From Ylistrum balloti (Eukaryota), in NCBI RefSeq assembly GCF_031769215.1, contig NW_026782195.1, forward strand, positions 434,001 to 498,000: a DNA stretch of 64,000 bases. Reading direction: 5' to 3'. This document shows positions 1 to 12,200 of the stretch, piece after piece. Position numbers and translations under genes: made by a program. Position 1 is the stretch's first letter, and each line of letters begins with the position of its first letter. The notes below the pieces were generated by a model that had not been told where the DNA came from, did no database searches, and saw nothing but the letters and a program-made list of their open reading frames with translations.

Positions 1-180
1 GACAAATTCTCCTCTGTTAACTGGTGCAGTGATTGTAAGACAATTTCTGCTCTGTTGACTTGTGTAGTAATTGTAAGACATTTTCTCCTCTGTTAACTGG
101 TGCAGTATTTGGAAGACAATTTCTGCTCTGTTAACTGGTGTTGTATTTGTGAGACAATTTCTGTTGACTGGTGGACTGTA
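1..180. repeat. 38-bp degenerate tandem repeat in the TUT 3' UTR
   Basis: GACA...CTGTTAACTGGTG units start at 1, 39, 77, 115 and 153; the array continues off the window edge. Confidence 0.8.
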
Positions 181-208
181 TAAAACTTTGTCTACAACTG
201 TTGTAGCT

Positions 209-3200
209 TTACTTCCTTCTTTGTTGATTTGTATACTGTTTGTAAGATTGTCTTTGATTAGTTCCACTTCTGGAATGACCTCCCTGGTTTCCTGGATGAC
301 TAGATTGGCGGTATTGGTCGTTAGGAATTGAAATACCTGCATAGTGAGAAAAAAAACATTTTAATAAATCTACCAAAATTTAATCATAGAAGTCAGTCAT
401 TACACGTTTGCTACTGAATATTAATTGACAAGGGAGAAAAAATAAAGGAAGGCTCTATATGGTGTCCAAAAAAAAAAATCAGTTTATGTCAACCAAAACT
501 GATGTCTGGTCATCTTCGCTAGCCTAAGAGGAATAGGTGGATCATCTACCCTTGACTAGTAAATAATAAGTACTATTTTTCCTACAGAGATCATAGCTGT
601 GGTAATGTATCTCTTATAACAAGATGTTAACACCTTGTCAGGCAAGGACAGTGGGGCCTGGTTAACTATCAGTGCTACAGGACAGTGGGGCCTGGTTAAC
701 TATCAGTGCTACAGGACAGTGGGGCCTGGTTAACTATCAGTACTACAGGACAGTGGGGCCTGGTTAACTATCAGTACTACAGGACAGTGGGGCCTGGTTA
801 ACTATCAGTACTACAGGACAGTGGGGCCTGGTTAACTATCAGTACTACAGGACAGTGGGGTCTGGTTAACTATCAGTACTACAGGACAGTGGGGCCTGGT
901 TAACTATCAGTACTACAGGACAGTGGGGCCTGGTTAACTATCAGTACTACAAGAATTATAGCTGTGGTAATGTACCTCTTAAACGGGCTGAAGCCAATAT
1001 TGCAGAAACAATAGCTTTTTAACTTAAAATTTGCCAAACTTGTAAAAGGAATGTTGTATTCATATCCTTCCTCTCCAGAAATTTTTTTTTCTTTTTTTTT
1101 TACAAAGTACTTGCAGTAAAATGGAAACAGACTTAAAGACAAATGACTGCTATAGAACTTCACAGCATGTGGGGTGGGGGTTTGGGAGGGGGAACAGGAG
1201 AGATAGGACAAAATATGAAATGTTGAAATTGGACATAAAAAACATTGTTGTTTTACTCAGTTTGTATGGTCCTGTGAACTAGGATAGAACAAAAATTGAC
1301 GATATGTATCTGTGGTAAGGAAATTTACCTAAATTGGGTGGCCCCATGTTACCCGGAGCAGCTGCTATAGACACTTGCCTTGGTGATGACCCAGGAGGAA
1401 TGTTCTGAAAACAAATTGAGAATGTAGTAAAGATACTGTATTTTACAACACATTCTTATTGATCAAAAAGTTTTTTATCTTCATTTAAATTAAAGTTTGG
1501 TTATTGTTTTAAATGTTCTTTTCACTTTTGAACAATATTCCTACTTGGCTTTAATACTTGACACAAACAAACCATATATGGAAATACTTTTATTAGGTGT
1601 TAATTTCGTTATGTCATTCATAACACTGAGGATAACCAAGAGCTGANNNNNNNNNNNNNNNNNNNNNNNNNNNNNNNNNNNNNNNNNNNNNNNNNNNNNN
1701 NNNNNNNNNNNNNNNNNNNNNNNNNNNNNNNNNNNNNNNNNNNNNNNNNNNNNNNNNNNNNNNNNNNNNNNNNNNNNNNNNNNNNNNNNNNNNNNNNNNN
1801 NNNNNNNNNNNNNNNNNNCTGACAGACAGACAGCACAGAAACTAGTTGAAACAGCACCGAGGCAGACAGACAGACAGCACTTACAGACAGACAGTACAGC
1901 ACTGACACTGACAGACAGACAGTACAGAGACTGACAGACAGACAGACAGTTCAGTGACTGACAGACAATGCCGAAACTTACATACAGATAGCATCTACAG
2001 TGATAGACACTGTCTAATCTGATGTATATCTTAATATTATAATACTCAGCAATTATGTGAATATATGTTAAATCAATTGAGAGGCTCACGAGATATCTGG
2101 TACACAAGCATCTTGTTAAACCTTTAACCTTGACCAATAATCACTCAAATTTAGTCAGGTGTAGAATTTGATGGTGCTATGCTAAGGTAATAAAATGAAC
2201 TAAATCTATTAAGGGCTCATGAGGTCTCACCAGCTCTGTTCTATAGACTGATGGAAGGACAAAGTGACTATAAATATATCCACGTATATGTCTAGTATGG
2301 AATCATTTTCACGATAAACTTATTGGTCGATTGGTAGGAAATCATGTTTGAATCTCTTATAAAATACATGACCCCTTCCCACTAGAAGGTACCACAAGAA
2401 ATCCTGACAGCAATTCTAGACACAATCTCTGATGTTCTTTTTTTTTATTTTATTAATTCCACAAAATTAGTTTTTATGACAACATTCTAGCTGTAAATTA
2501 TTTATGTTAATCAAATAATTTTACTTAATTAATCTACCTTATTTCGGAAACTTACGTGTGAGAGCAATGTGAATGCCCTCACCAGCAACCAAAGAGAAGA
2601 TTGAAACTTTTTAATGCTACTGGCTTTCCTACTGGAGTTAGGCAAGGCTTTCCAAGTTTGGTCTTACCATCTTTTGAGAAAATGTGAATAGAAATTCTCA
2701 AAGGGACATACATCATGGTAAAACAAAATTTTTGTGATGTTTATATCATATTTTGTATTATTACATATAAATATCAGATGTGTCACCCTGTGAACAATGA
2801 CAGTTTTTTTCCCGCTGAAATATGCACATAAAACTACTAATCATAAAAGAAAATCTTCCACACTTGATCAAGTCTGTATATGTTAATTTTTGTGCCAGAT
2901 ATAATAAATGCATGCACACAAAACAACACAAGAATAGCTTACAATGTGAATTGGTTGCAGCTGAAAAATGTCTCAATGTCAACCAGGAAGTGAAGAATGA
3001 CCGAATCGGCAAAAAAAAAAAACCTCAGAATTCCTCTGTGGAAGCTTAACATGGTAGATGGGAGCTTACCATATCAGATGAGAAAGCGATCAGGACAATG
3101 CATGTATTCTGCTTCATTGTCTGACAACTGACAAAGTGGAACTAGGTCAAAGCTTTGCATGTTGTTGACAATACATGTATGGCTGGAGTGAGACTTTTAC

Positions 3201-6200
3201 AGAAATTAGGGATATGGATCTCTATTAATTCCAAGTTAAGTTACCAAACAACATCTATTTATCAGTAACAAATTTGTTTGACAAAAGCCAGCTGTCTATG
3301 TAATGTGCCACCATATTTTTATCCGCCATCACATGTGTCCATGTATATAAAGGATCTACTACGTTTTCAAACTGTCAGATGATGTTATCAGCTCTAAATT
3401 TGAGAGGGATTTCCCGAATAAAATGAGTGGTCAAATTGAACATTGGAAATTGTCTGTAAATATCGGGATACATCAGAAATGTGACTGGAAGCGAAAATAA
3501 AAAGCATGCACAACCAATAAAGAGAATAACATTGTAACCCTGGTAAAATACTAGCCACACCATACTGTTCCCTAAAGAGAACTTTTCTCTAGTTTGATTG
3601 GTTGAGTGTCAGACTAGTAAGCCAGAGGTCCCATGTTTGAATCTAGCAGACATTGAAATAATCTGATACACTGTCTCTTTGAATCTAGATTATCATAATT
3701 CTGGAAATAAAGACAAACTGAACAAGGGGCCCACATATATCCCATACAACTACATCAAAGTGGTTAAGGGTGACCTTTCACCTCTTTATCTTGACCAATG
3801 ACCAAGAAAATTGCAGTCAGGTGCAGACCTTGGTGATATAATGCTATTTTGTGAACATGAACCAAATCTATGTTGGAGTTTATGAGATATCAGGCAACCA
3901 AGGTTATCATGGATAGCAACACAGACAAACGTACAGACAAAGTAGTTACTATGTTTCTTCTATCATGTAAGTAGGGTGTATAAAAAATAATTGACCATGA
4001 CCAAATAAGAACTTCACCTACAATATCATCATTATACAGCTACATAACACATTACAGAAGGACCACAGACAAAGGGCAATTTAAACAACCCACCCTCTGA
4101 TGATGGTGAGCTACAAAACAGCTACAAATGGAGTTGAGTATGAAATTGTGTTTAAACTACAAATAGTTAGTAGAAAATTGTAATGAATACAACCAAACTC
4201 AGTATTAAATGATGATAACTAGGGAAATACTTTGTCAGAAATCATTTTGATATTGACTTAATATGTCAGGGACTAGCAATATGTTATGAACATCAAAAGG
4301 TTACCTGTTTTAGCTAATTTTGTTGTTTGAAAACTTTGATCTCTGCTCCTTTGAACAAATATGTTAAATGTAATATCTTATTAAAAAAGGACCAATCCAT
4401 GCCAATGCTTGTTGCTTGCTAACTAATTAGAACTAAAGATGTGAATGTACCTGAGCATCATGAGTGGACTGAGCAATGATATGTTGCTGTACTGAAGTGG
4501 CTACTAGATCATGTCTACCCTGTGTCACCATGGTAACGCTAGGCACAGAACCCTGCAGCTCCAGGTGACGTGGGGACGGGTGAAGAGGATTATTCATGGG
4601 AGCAAGGTGTCTCACCACCGTGTTAGGAGAGGAAGCAAGAAAATTAGTGGTGACAAAGGCCGAGTTAGTTGCCAATGGCGATGTCGATAGAGATGGAGAT
4701 GGGCATGCATGTGGTGAGTGTGATAATAGCCATACAGGGTACGGGTTTGGCGGTGTCCCTTGGTGGCGCTGTAGTTGAGGATGTTGCTGCTGTTGTTGAT
4801 GAGACAAACGTTGATGCTGCTGGTTCGACATGTACTGATTCAACCAGGGATGTCCGGACATGCCCTTGTTGTGTGGGCTGGTTGACATGTAGGTCTCTGG
4901 GTACTGAGGTCGGCCGATCGGCTTCGGGGAAGATGATGGCCGGGGGTCATGGCCTTGCTTCATAGGTGATACAGTTTGTCTAGGAGGTGGGTACGAGTCG
5001 GACAAGTTTACTTTGGACCGTGGACTACCCCGGTAATTGCCCTGAGGACTGCCACTGTTGAACTGCCTCTGTCCTGGGGACCCCTGGTGACCAAATGGCA
5101 TGGGGATGTTCTGAAAAGGAGCACACACATCAGTAAACATTCACAACTAATCATCCAGTTTATAACAAATCTCCCCAAGTTAAACTGAAGTTAACATTAA
5201 TTTCTGTCTGACATTGGTTTAAAGTTCTTTGAATTTAACAGAACTTTATAGTACAGTGCTAGAATGAGTGATAAATCAAAAGTTTTATACCAACCACTCC
5301 TATGTAAAATTCTATGTTCAAGAAATCATACAATGGACATAGCTCCTTGGGAGTTGAATCAACAATAGAAACTAGACCTGGAGTTGAATCAACAATAGAA
5401 ACTAGACCTGTCACCTTGAGTATAACTAATACCCCCCACAGATGTAAAGACTTGACATATCAATTTCAGTAAGCACATGTTGCCTTTGTTGCTATTTCAT
5501 TGGCTGGAATACTGGAATTTATATAAAAAATTTATATAAAAATCCCCAAGAAATCTGCATTCTAAATCCATTATCAACCATACATAAAGACACTTGACAG
5601 ACCTAAATCCAAAACCTTAATTCTAGAAAACACTGAAAATTGTCAAAAAAAAATTTGGTTATTCATGTGAGGAATAAACCTGCATTATGTGTTAAATGGT
5701 TCGACAAAAGTATAAGCCAAGCTTCAAGTTAATTGGATGCTCTGAAAACTGTTATATCTCAAGATGCATAGCTGGACAAAATTATGTTAATTTTTTTATA
5801 TAAAACAGGGATTACTGCAGTAAACTGAAAAAATGCAAAGACGCTTCAAGGAGCACATCTCCATATTGTGCTGGCCATTCCCACTAAGTTATTGAAAGAT
5901 CCGTCTTAAACTTAAAAGGTTTTGGCAAACATTATTTAGGACAAGAAATAAGAGATCCACATTTACTACCTACTCCATGGAACCAAGGAATATTAATCTA
6001 ACCTGTTGAAGCACCAATTATTTCAGCAGAAACACAACAGAAAAAAAACAGCAAGAGATTCATCTCCACCAGGTTCACGCCCAAACACACCAGCTAATAT
6101 TGTGACATGATAAACTACAAACCCTTGGCTGGCTGGCCATTTGGCGTTGATGCTGTTGATGTTGTTGATGTTGTTGATGTTGATGCTGCTGTTGATGCTG

Positions 6201-9200
6201 CTGCTGTTGATATCGTTGCCCAGTGTTAGAACTGAGGTGCTGCTGTGAGTTTGCAGGGCGACGCCAGTTCTGTTCCAAATCAGGGTCATTGGGGTCAGAC
6301 TGTGACCTTCTTAACCCTGCAAGTAAAATGTGTGTTACCTAATTCTCATTTGCATCCTATTTGCTGCTGGCAAGTTGTGAGTAAGGATACTTCACTTTAC
6401 AATGTAAACCTATGGAATATCCTACCTTTAGTGTGGACAAAGCACTTCCACTGGAAGAATTGCCCACCATAAGGATGGTCGTACTACTCCCAAGACATTT
6501 CAGGCAGGTTTGCCTTCCCTTAGAATGGTTGTATTGTCCCAATGGTATTTTTGTGAAGGAGTGCTTTAGAGTGGTTGACCTGCTACTGTGGTATGTTGGG
6601 TACAATTGCCTACATTTAGGGCAGATGTACTGCTCTCGATGCAAATTGAGAAGAACTTGCCTACATTAACGGTGGTTGTACTACTCCCAAGACATTACAG
6701 GCAGGTTTGCCTTCCCTTAGAATGGTTGTATTGTCCCAATGGTATTTTTTGAAGGAGTGCTTTAGAGTGGTTGCACTGCCACTGTGACATGTTGGTATGG
6801 ATTGCCTCCCTTTAGGGTGGTTATACTATTTTTGTCACATGTTGATATGGATTGCCTACCTTTAGGGTGGTTATACTACTCCCTTGACATATTGAGAAGG
6901 GCTGCTTACCTTTAGAGTGGTTGTACTGCCCTTGTGACATGTTTTTGTCCATGTATCGACCTTGTTCCTCTATATTGTTTCTTTGTCCATCTTCCCTTTG
7001 CTGTTTCTTATCCTTGGACCTGAAATTTTTGAACTTTTCTCTTTCTTCTCTGGAAAACAAGGCAAAAACATTTCTGCCATTATAATTTAGCTGGTACATA
7101 AGTAAGTAAATATTCTGATGACATCATTTGAAAGCAAGAATAACTGGAAAAACTTAAAGAGGAGATAAATACATTTTATTTTTTTGGTGAATGATCCAGA
7201 AAAATCTATCTTATCTTACAAAAATTTTATTTATTTATTTATTTTTACAATGTGGCATCAATTAAAAAAAATTCTGCCCGATACTGTTAGAGTGAGAAAA
7301 CCTCTAGTTCTCAATAGGGAGAGCTAAACAATGTCCCTCTTATAAAGCAATACCTGCTGACAAAACCAGACAAATGACCTATGACATCTGAAATTCCTAA
7401 AGTGACATATTTGTTTAGCATTCCATACTTCATACTTTTGTAAATGCTGATAAACAAGAAGTAAAAAAACACCTCTCTTTCCTTTGAAGGACTTTTGGAC
7501 ACTCCTTGGCAATGTGGCCAATCTTGTTACACACACGACAGCATCGGTCACTAGGAGGGGCCCCTTGGGACAGCTGGTTCTTGTCAAAGAAATATTCCTG
7601 TTGCAAAGAAAGATACCACATAGCAGCAAGCATACAGAGTAGTGCTAAAGCATTCAATACATATTCCCTATTGGTCACCACAAAATGTGAAGAACACTTA
7701 AATGGACTTAAAAAGCAGAAACGTAAAGTATACATGCTATAACATTATGACATAATGTCAGTGCTTTGACAGAGTAACTTTATCAGCAGCTGAAATTTAA
7801 AACTTGATCTAAACTCCTAAGTATAAGCTTACACAAATAATTGTTTATCAAAAACAATGAAAAACAAAAGACTCCAAGGAGATCTTGGTGCCCACCATTA
7901 TTATTTGGTCTTGATATGTTCTTGAGAAAAACTTATATTCCAAGCACAGAAGTATTAGATTTTTCCTCTATTAGAAACAAATGACAGGTGAACCGTTGAA
8001 TTTGATTGACAAATCAACTTACAGTGAGAGCTGAACAAGCCTTTGGGATTTCTGTGGGCATACCATAAAGCTCTCTGCCACGGATAAATGTCTTCATGAT
8101 GTACTGGTTCACTGCACGGTCAATTAACATGACAAATATCAGTGAAATATCAATAACTTAGAATCATATATAAAATAATAACACTATCCGATCATTACAA
8201 GATTTTTTGCTTCCATCAACAACATCTCACATTTGATCAGTTAGTGTAGATGTTTTTGCGTCTTTAGTACAAAATTTTGAAAATATCTTGACGAAAGAAA
8301 GACTAATACTGATTTAAAAAACATATATAAATTAATAAAACTATTTAATCATTACAAACTTTTCTGCTTGCATCAACAACATCTCACATTTGATCAGATA
8401 AATACCTTGTTAGTGTAGATGTTTTTGCGTCTTAGTACAAAATGTTGAAAATATCTTGACGAAAGAAAGACTAATACTGATACGTAACAATGAAATCTGA
8501 CAAGGAAAAATGTACTTGTAAGGACACTGTTGTCTACATCACAGCCATATATGTATATATGTTTATTACGATACAGCTTTAGTTACAACAAAATACGAAA
8601 AAACCTGGATTACCCTCATCCTATAACCTGCCCAGTATTGTTCATAACATGTCTCCAATAGACTATCTTGAAATACTAATATCAACACTTCTAACAAATA
8701 TTTCATAAACCTTATAACCAGAGGTGTCCGAGAGGTATCCAGGCAATGTGTAACTAATAGTTTGTTACTTGTGATATCCATTAGCACAAATTCTAGACTT
8801 GCACTCAACAGACAGTGCTAATTTAAGTACACCCTAGCCTAGCACTAAATTACAAGTGTTTCATAATATGTTTCTATGTGTAAATTACCTTAAATGTTGT
8901 GCTTATTCATATTTACAATTAAAATCGTACATAGATAAAACAATACTTACTCTTTCGAGACAGACCACCACCAAGGTTATGTGCAAGGTCAAAAGGATCT
9001 GCAAAGTAAACAAATTTTTGTTGTCTCATCATTTTCAATCTTTGGTAAAATGTGTTAAATTAACGCTTTGTTCACTTCATTAGGAACAGGCTTTGTAACG
9101 ACTTAAGCTATAGAAACATGGCCCTATCAAGGGGGAGAACTCTAATTAGACACAACTACAAACTTTGACAACTGTACAGTGGTACTGGACTGGGTCAGCA

Positions 9201-12200
9201 ACCAGGCAGCTGAATTGGTAAAGCGTCCGTCTAGAGTTTGAAGAGTAACAGGTTCAAACCCTAATCTGGCTGTGAATTTTTCCACTCCTATCTGAATGTT
9301 TGACAAGGAAATACACCCAAAGCTGGGTTAATAATGTTTGTGTCTTCAGAGCTGACGCATTAGGAAAGGATGAATGTAAGAGAAAAACAGAACTGGGTCA
9401 ATCGTTGTTGACCAGGTTGCATAATTGGTAAGCATATGTGTAGTGCAATATTTTCACATCTGAATGTGTCTAAAATACATTGATGTCCTTGTGAAGTCTA
9501 CAGTAATGGTATAACATTCCTCCATAGCTCTTGCGAGATTTAGTTATGGTTATTTTTAAAAAAGAATTTTACATCGACTGCTTTAGTAAAGGTATCATAT
9601 GTAAACAACCTTCAGTGTGCATGTAGATAACTTACCCTCTATTGCAATACATTTTCCATTCCACAGTTTTTCAAATCGTGTCAGTGGCTCTGACAGTCTG
9701 ATGCAAACCACATTATCCTTAATGGAGAACTCTTCAGTGTAAAAGACAAACATTCCCAACCACAACTCTCCCAAACTCTGCTGGTTCTTACACTTCCAAA
9801 TTTTAGGCTGAAATGTAGAAAAATTAAATTTGATTTATAGCTGACCCTGTCTGAAGAACCTGACACTGTCCTGTCCTGCTTTATAGCCCATCCTATTTAT
9901 AGTACCTGACACTGTCCTGTCCTGATTTATAGCCCATCCTGTTTATGGTACCTGACACTGTCCTGTCCTGATTTACAGCCCATCTTGTTTATGGTACCTG
10001 ACACTGTCCTGTCCTGATTTATAGCCCATCCTGTTTATGGTACCTGACACTGTCCTGTCCTGATTTATACCCAATGCTATTTATGATGTTGATCTGTCCC
10101 AATTAATAGCCTGGTACTTAGCCCCGACCTGTCCCAATTTATATCAGACCCTATTTGTTGTACTGGACATTGTCCTGTCCCAATTTAAAGCCAACCCTGT
10201 CCTGCTCTTTTATTTATAATTTATCCTGTCTGTTGTACATGAGCGACCTGTCTTAATTTTACAGCATTGTACCTGACACTCGCCTGTCTCATCACAAAAT
10301 CTCAAACTTACAATGACTGCGACAGACATAAAATTATAAATGGGTTCTTTTGGATTAGAAGTATTAGTTTACAAATCCCAAGTAATTAACAAATATATAC
10401 ACAGTCCCACCAGTAAATATTGGTACTAAATCACTCTCTTGTCACAAGGAAGTCATACATTGTACCACAGAAAAAATATTACATTGTTGTACTTATTTCT
10501 TTGTACCTTTTACACAGAAACAATATGGAAGCCAAGATATACCAATAAGGTGATTGTCCTGAATTTTCAGATAGATACACAACAGTTCACAAGGTAAAAA
10601 ATACAATGTTTACCAGTTTATCTACATCATCGAAGTACCATGTGTTCCAGCCATCTACTATCCTCTCTGGCTTCCTTCCTGGGTATAACTGTAACACAGC
10701 AAAGTCTTAGATTTCCAAAAGAATCACAAAATAAGACATTTTGATCTTCAGAAAAGATATCAAAAAGATAAAAATCAAATAATTAAACATCGATACATCA
10801 AAAAAAGAGTTATTTGTGACATTAATTACTATCATCTTTTTCTCATCTACTTTTAAATAGGAAATCAGGTAATAAAATGTATAAAGAAAAAAAAACACAG
10901 ATAACATAGTGGAAGTTTGTACAACATGAGGTAGACAAGACCTTTACCTCCTGTAGGACAGGTAACACTGATGGTACTCACATCCTGTAGGACAGGTAAC
11001 ACTGATGGTACTCACATCCTGCAGGACAGGTAACACTGATGGTACTTACATCCTGTAGGACAGGTAACACTGATGGTACTCACCTCCTGTAGGACAGGTA
11101 ACACTGATGGTACTCACCTCCTGTAGGACAGGTAACACTGATGGTACTCACATCCTGTAGGACAGGTAACACTGATGGTACTTACATCCTGTAGGACAGG
11201 TAACACTAATGGTACTCACATCCTGTGGGACAGGTAACACTGATGGTACTCACCTCCTGTAGGACAGGTCACACTGATGGTACTCACATCCTGTAGGACA
11301 GGTCACACTGATGGTACTCACATCCTGTAGGACAGGTCACACTGATGGTACTCACATCCTGTAGGACAGGTATCACTGATGGTACTCACATCCTGTAGGA
11401 GAGGTAACACTGATGGTACTCACATCCTGTAGGACAGGTCACACTGATGGTACTTACATCCTGCAGGACAGGTAACACTGATGGTACTTACATCCTGTAG
11501 GACAGGTAACACTGATGGTACTCACCTCCTGTAGGAGAGGTAACACTGATGGTACTCACATCCTGTAGGACAGGTAACACTGATGGTACTTACATCCTGT
11601 AGGACAGGTAACACTGATGGTGCTCACCTCCTGTATGACAGGTAACACTGATATGTTACACAGCTGGAGGTAGTCAAGATACTCACCTTCTGTTGGAAAG
11701 GGAACATTGACGGTTTACACCCAGACAGAGAGTCAAGATACTCACCTCCTGTAGAACAGGTAACACTGATGGTTTACACTGTTGGAGGTAGTAGATGAGA
11801 AGAAGAATGTAGGCATAGGAGGACAGGCTCCCCCTGGAGGCATCCCCAATTTCACAAACCTGTCCAATTAAAAAGGTCCATTTACCATTACACTATCAAG
11901 CTGAGCAAGCATTGAACTTAACGTCTTCCATGTAAAACAAGTTTTAATGAACAAACATCACTGAATTACTTTCTCCTAAAGGTATGTAATTTTGAGGATA
12001 TTTTTTGGATCTGGAGTGGTGTAGGATACTTTCACATTGTTTACTGTTTAACATCTAGATGTCTTAACCTGAAGCTGAGGGAGAATTTCCCACAAGAGAT
12101 AATTAATAACTTACCTTGGCAAACACTTTGAAGGCATAGCCAAGACACTTGACCCGAGGGTCTAAAGAGGCATACAGTTGGATCATCTTAGTGTTGTATA

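Noticed and set aside
149-331. Plus-strand 60-aa ORF, and similar ORFs at 17161-17487 and 24397-24897
   Set aside because: Antisense shadows of TUT coding exons.
4433-4450. ORF-track stop at 4433 as the main end of TUT4/7
   Set aside because: A phase-0 CAG|GTACAT donor at 4451 and two compatible downstream exons fit better; kept only as a possible isoform.
9204-9290. Functional tRNA gene
   Set aside because: A and B boxes are degenerate and acceptor and anticodon stems do not pair; treated as a SINE relic.
9863-10075. 46-bp array as another exon-donor amplification
   Set aside because: It contains CAG|GTAC on minus but does not match any neighbouring exon end.
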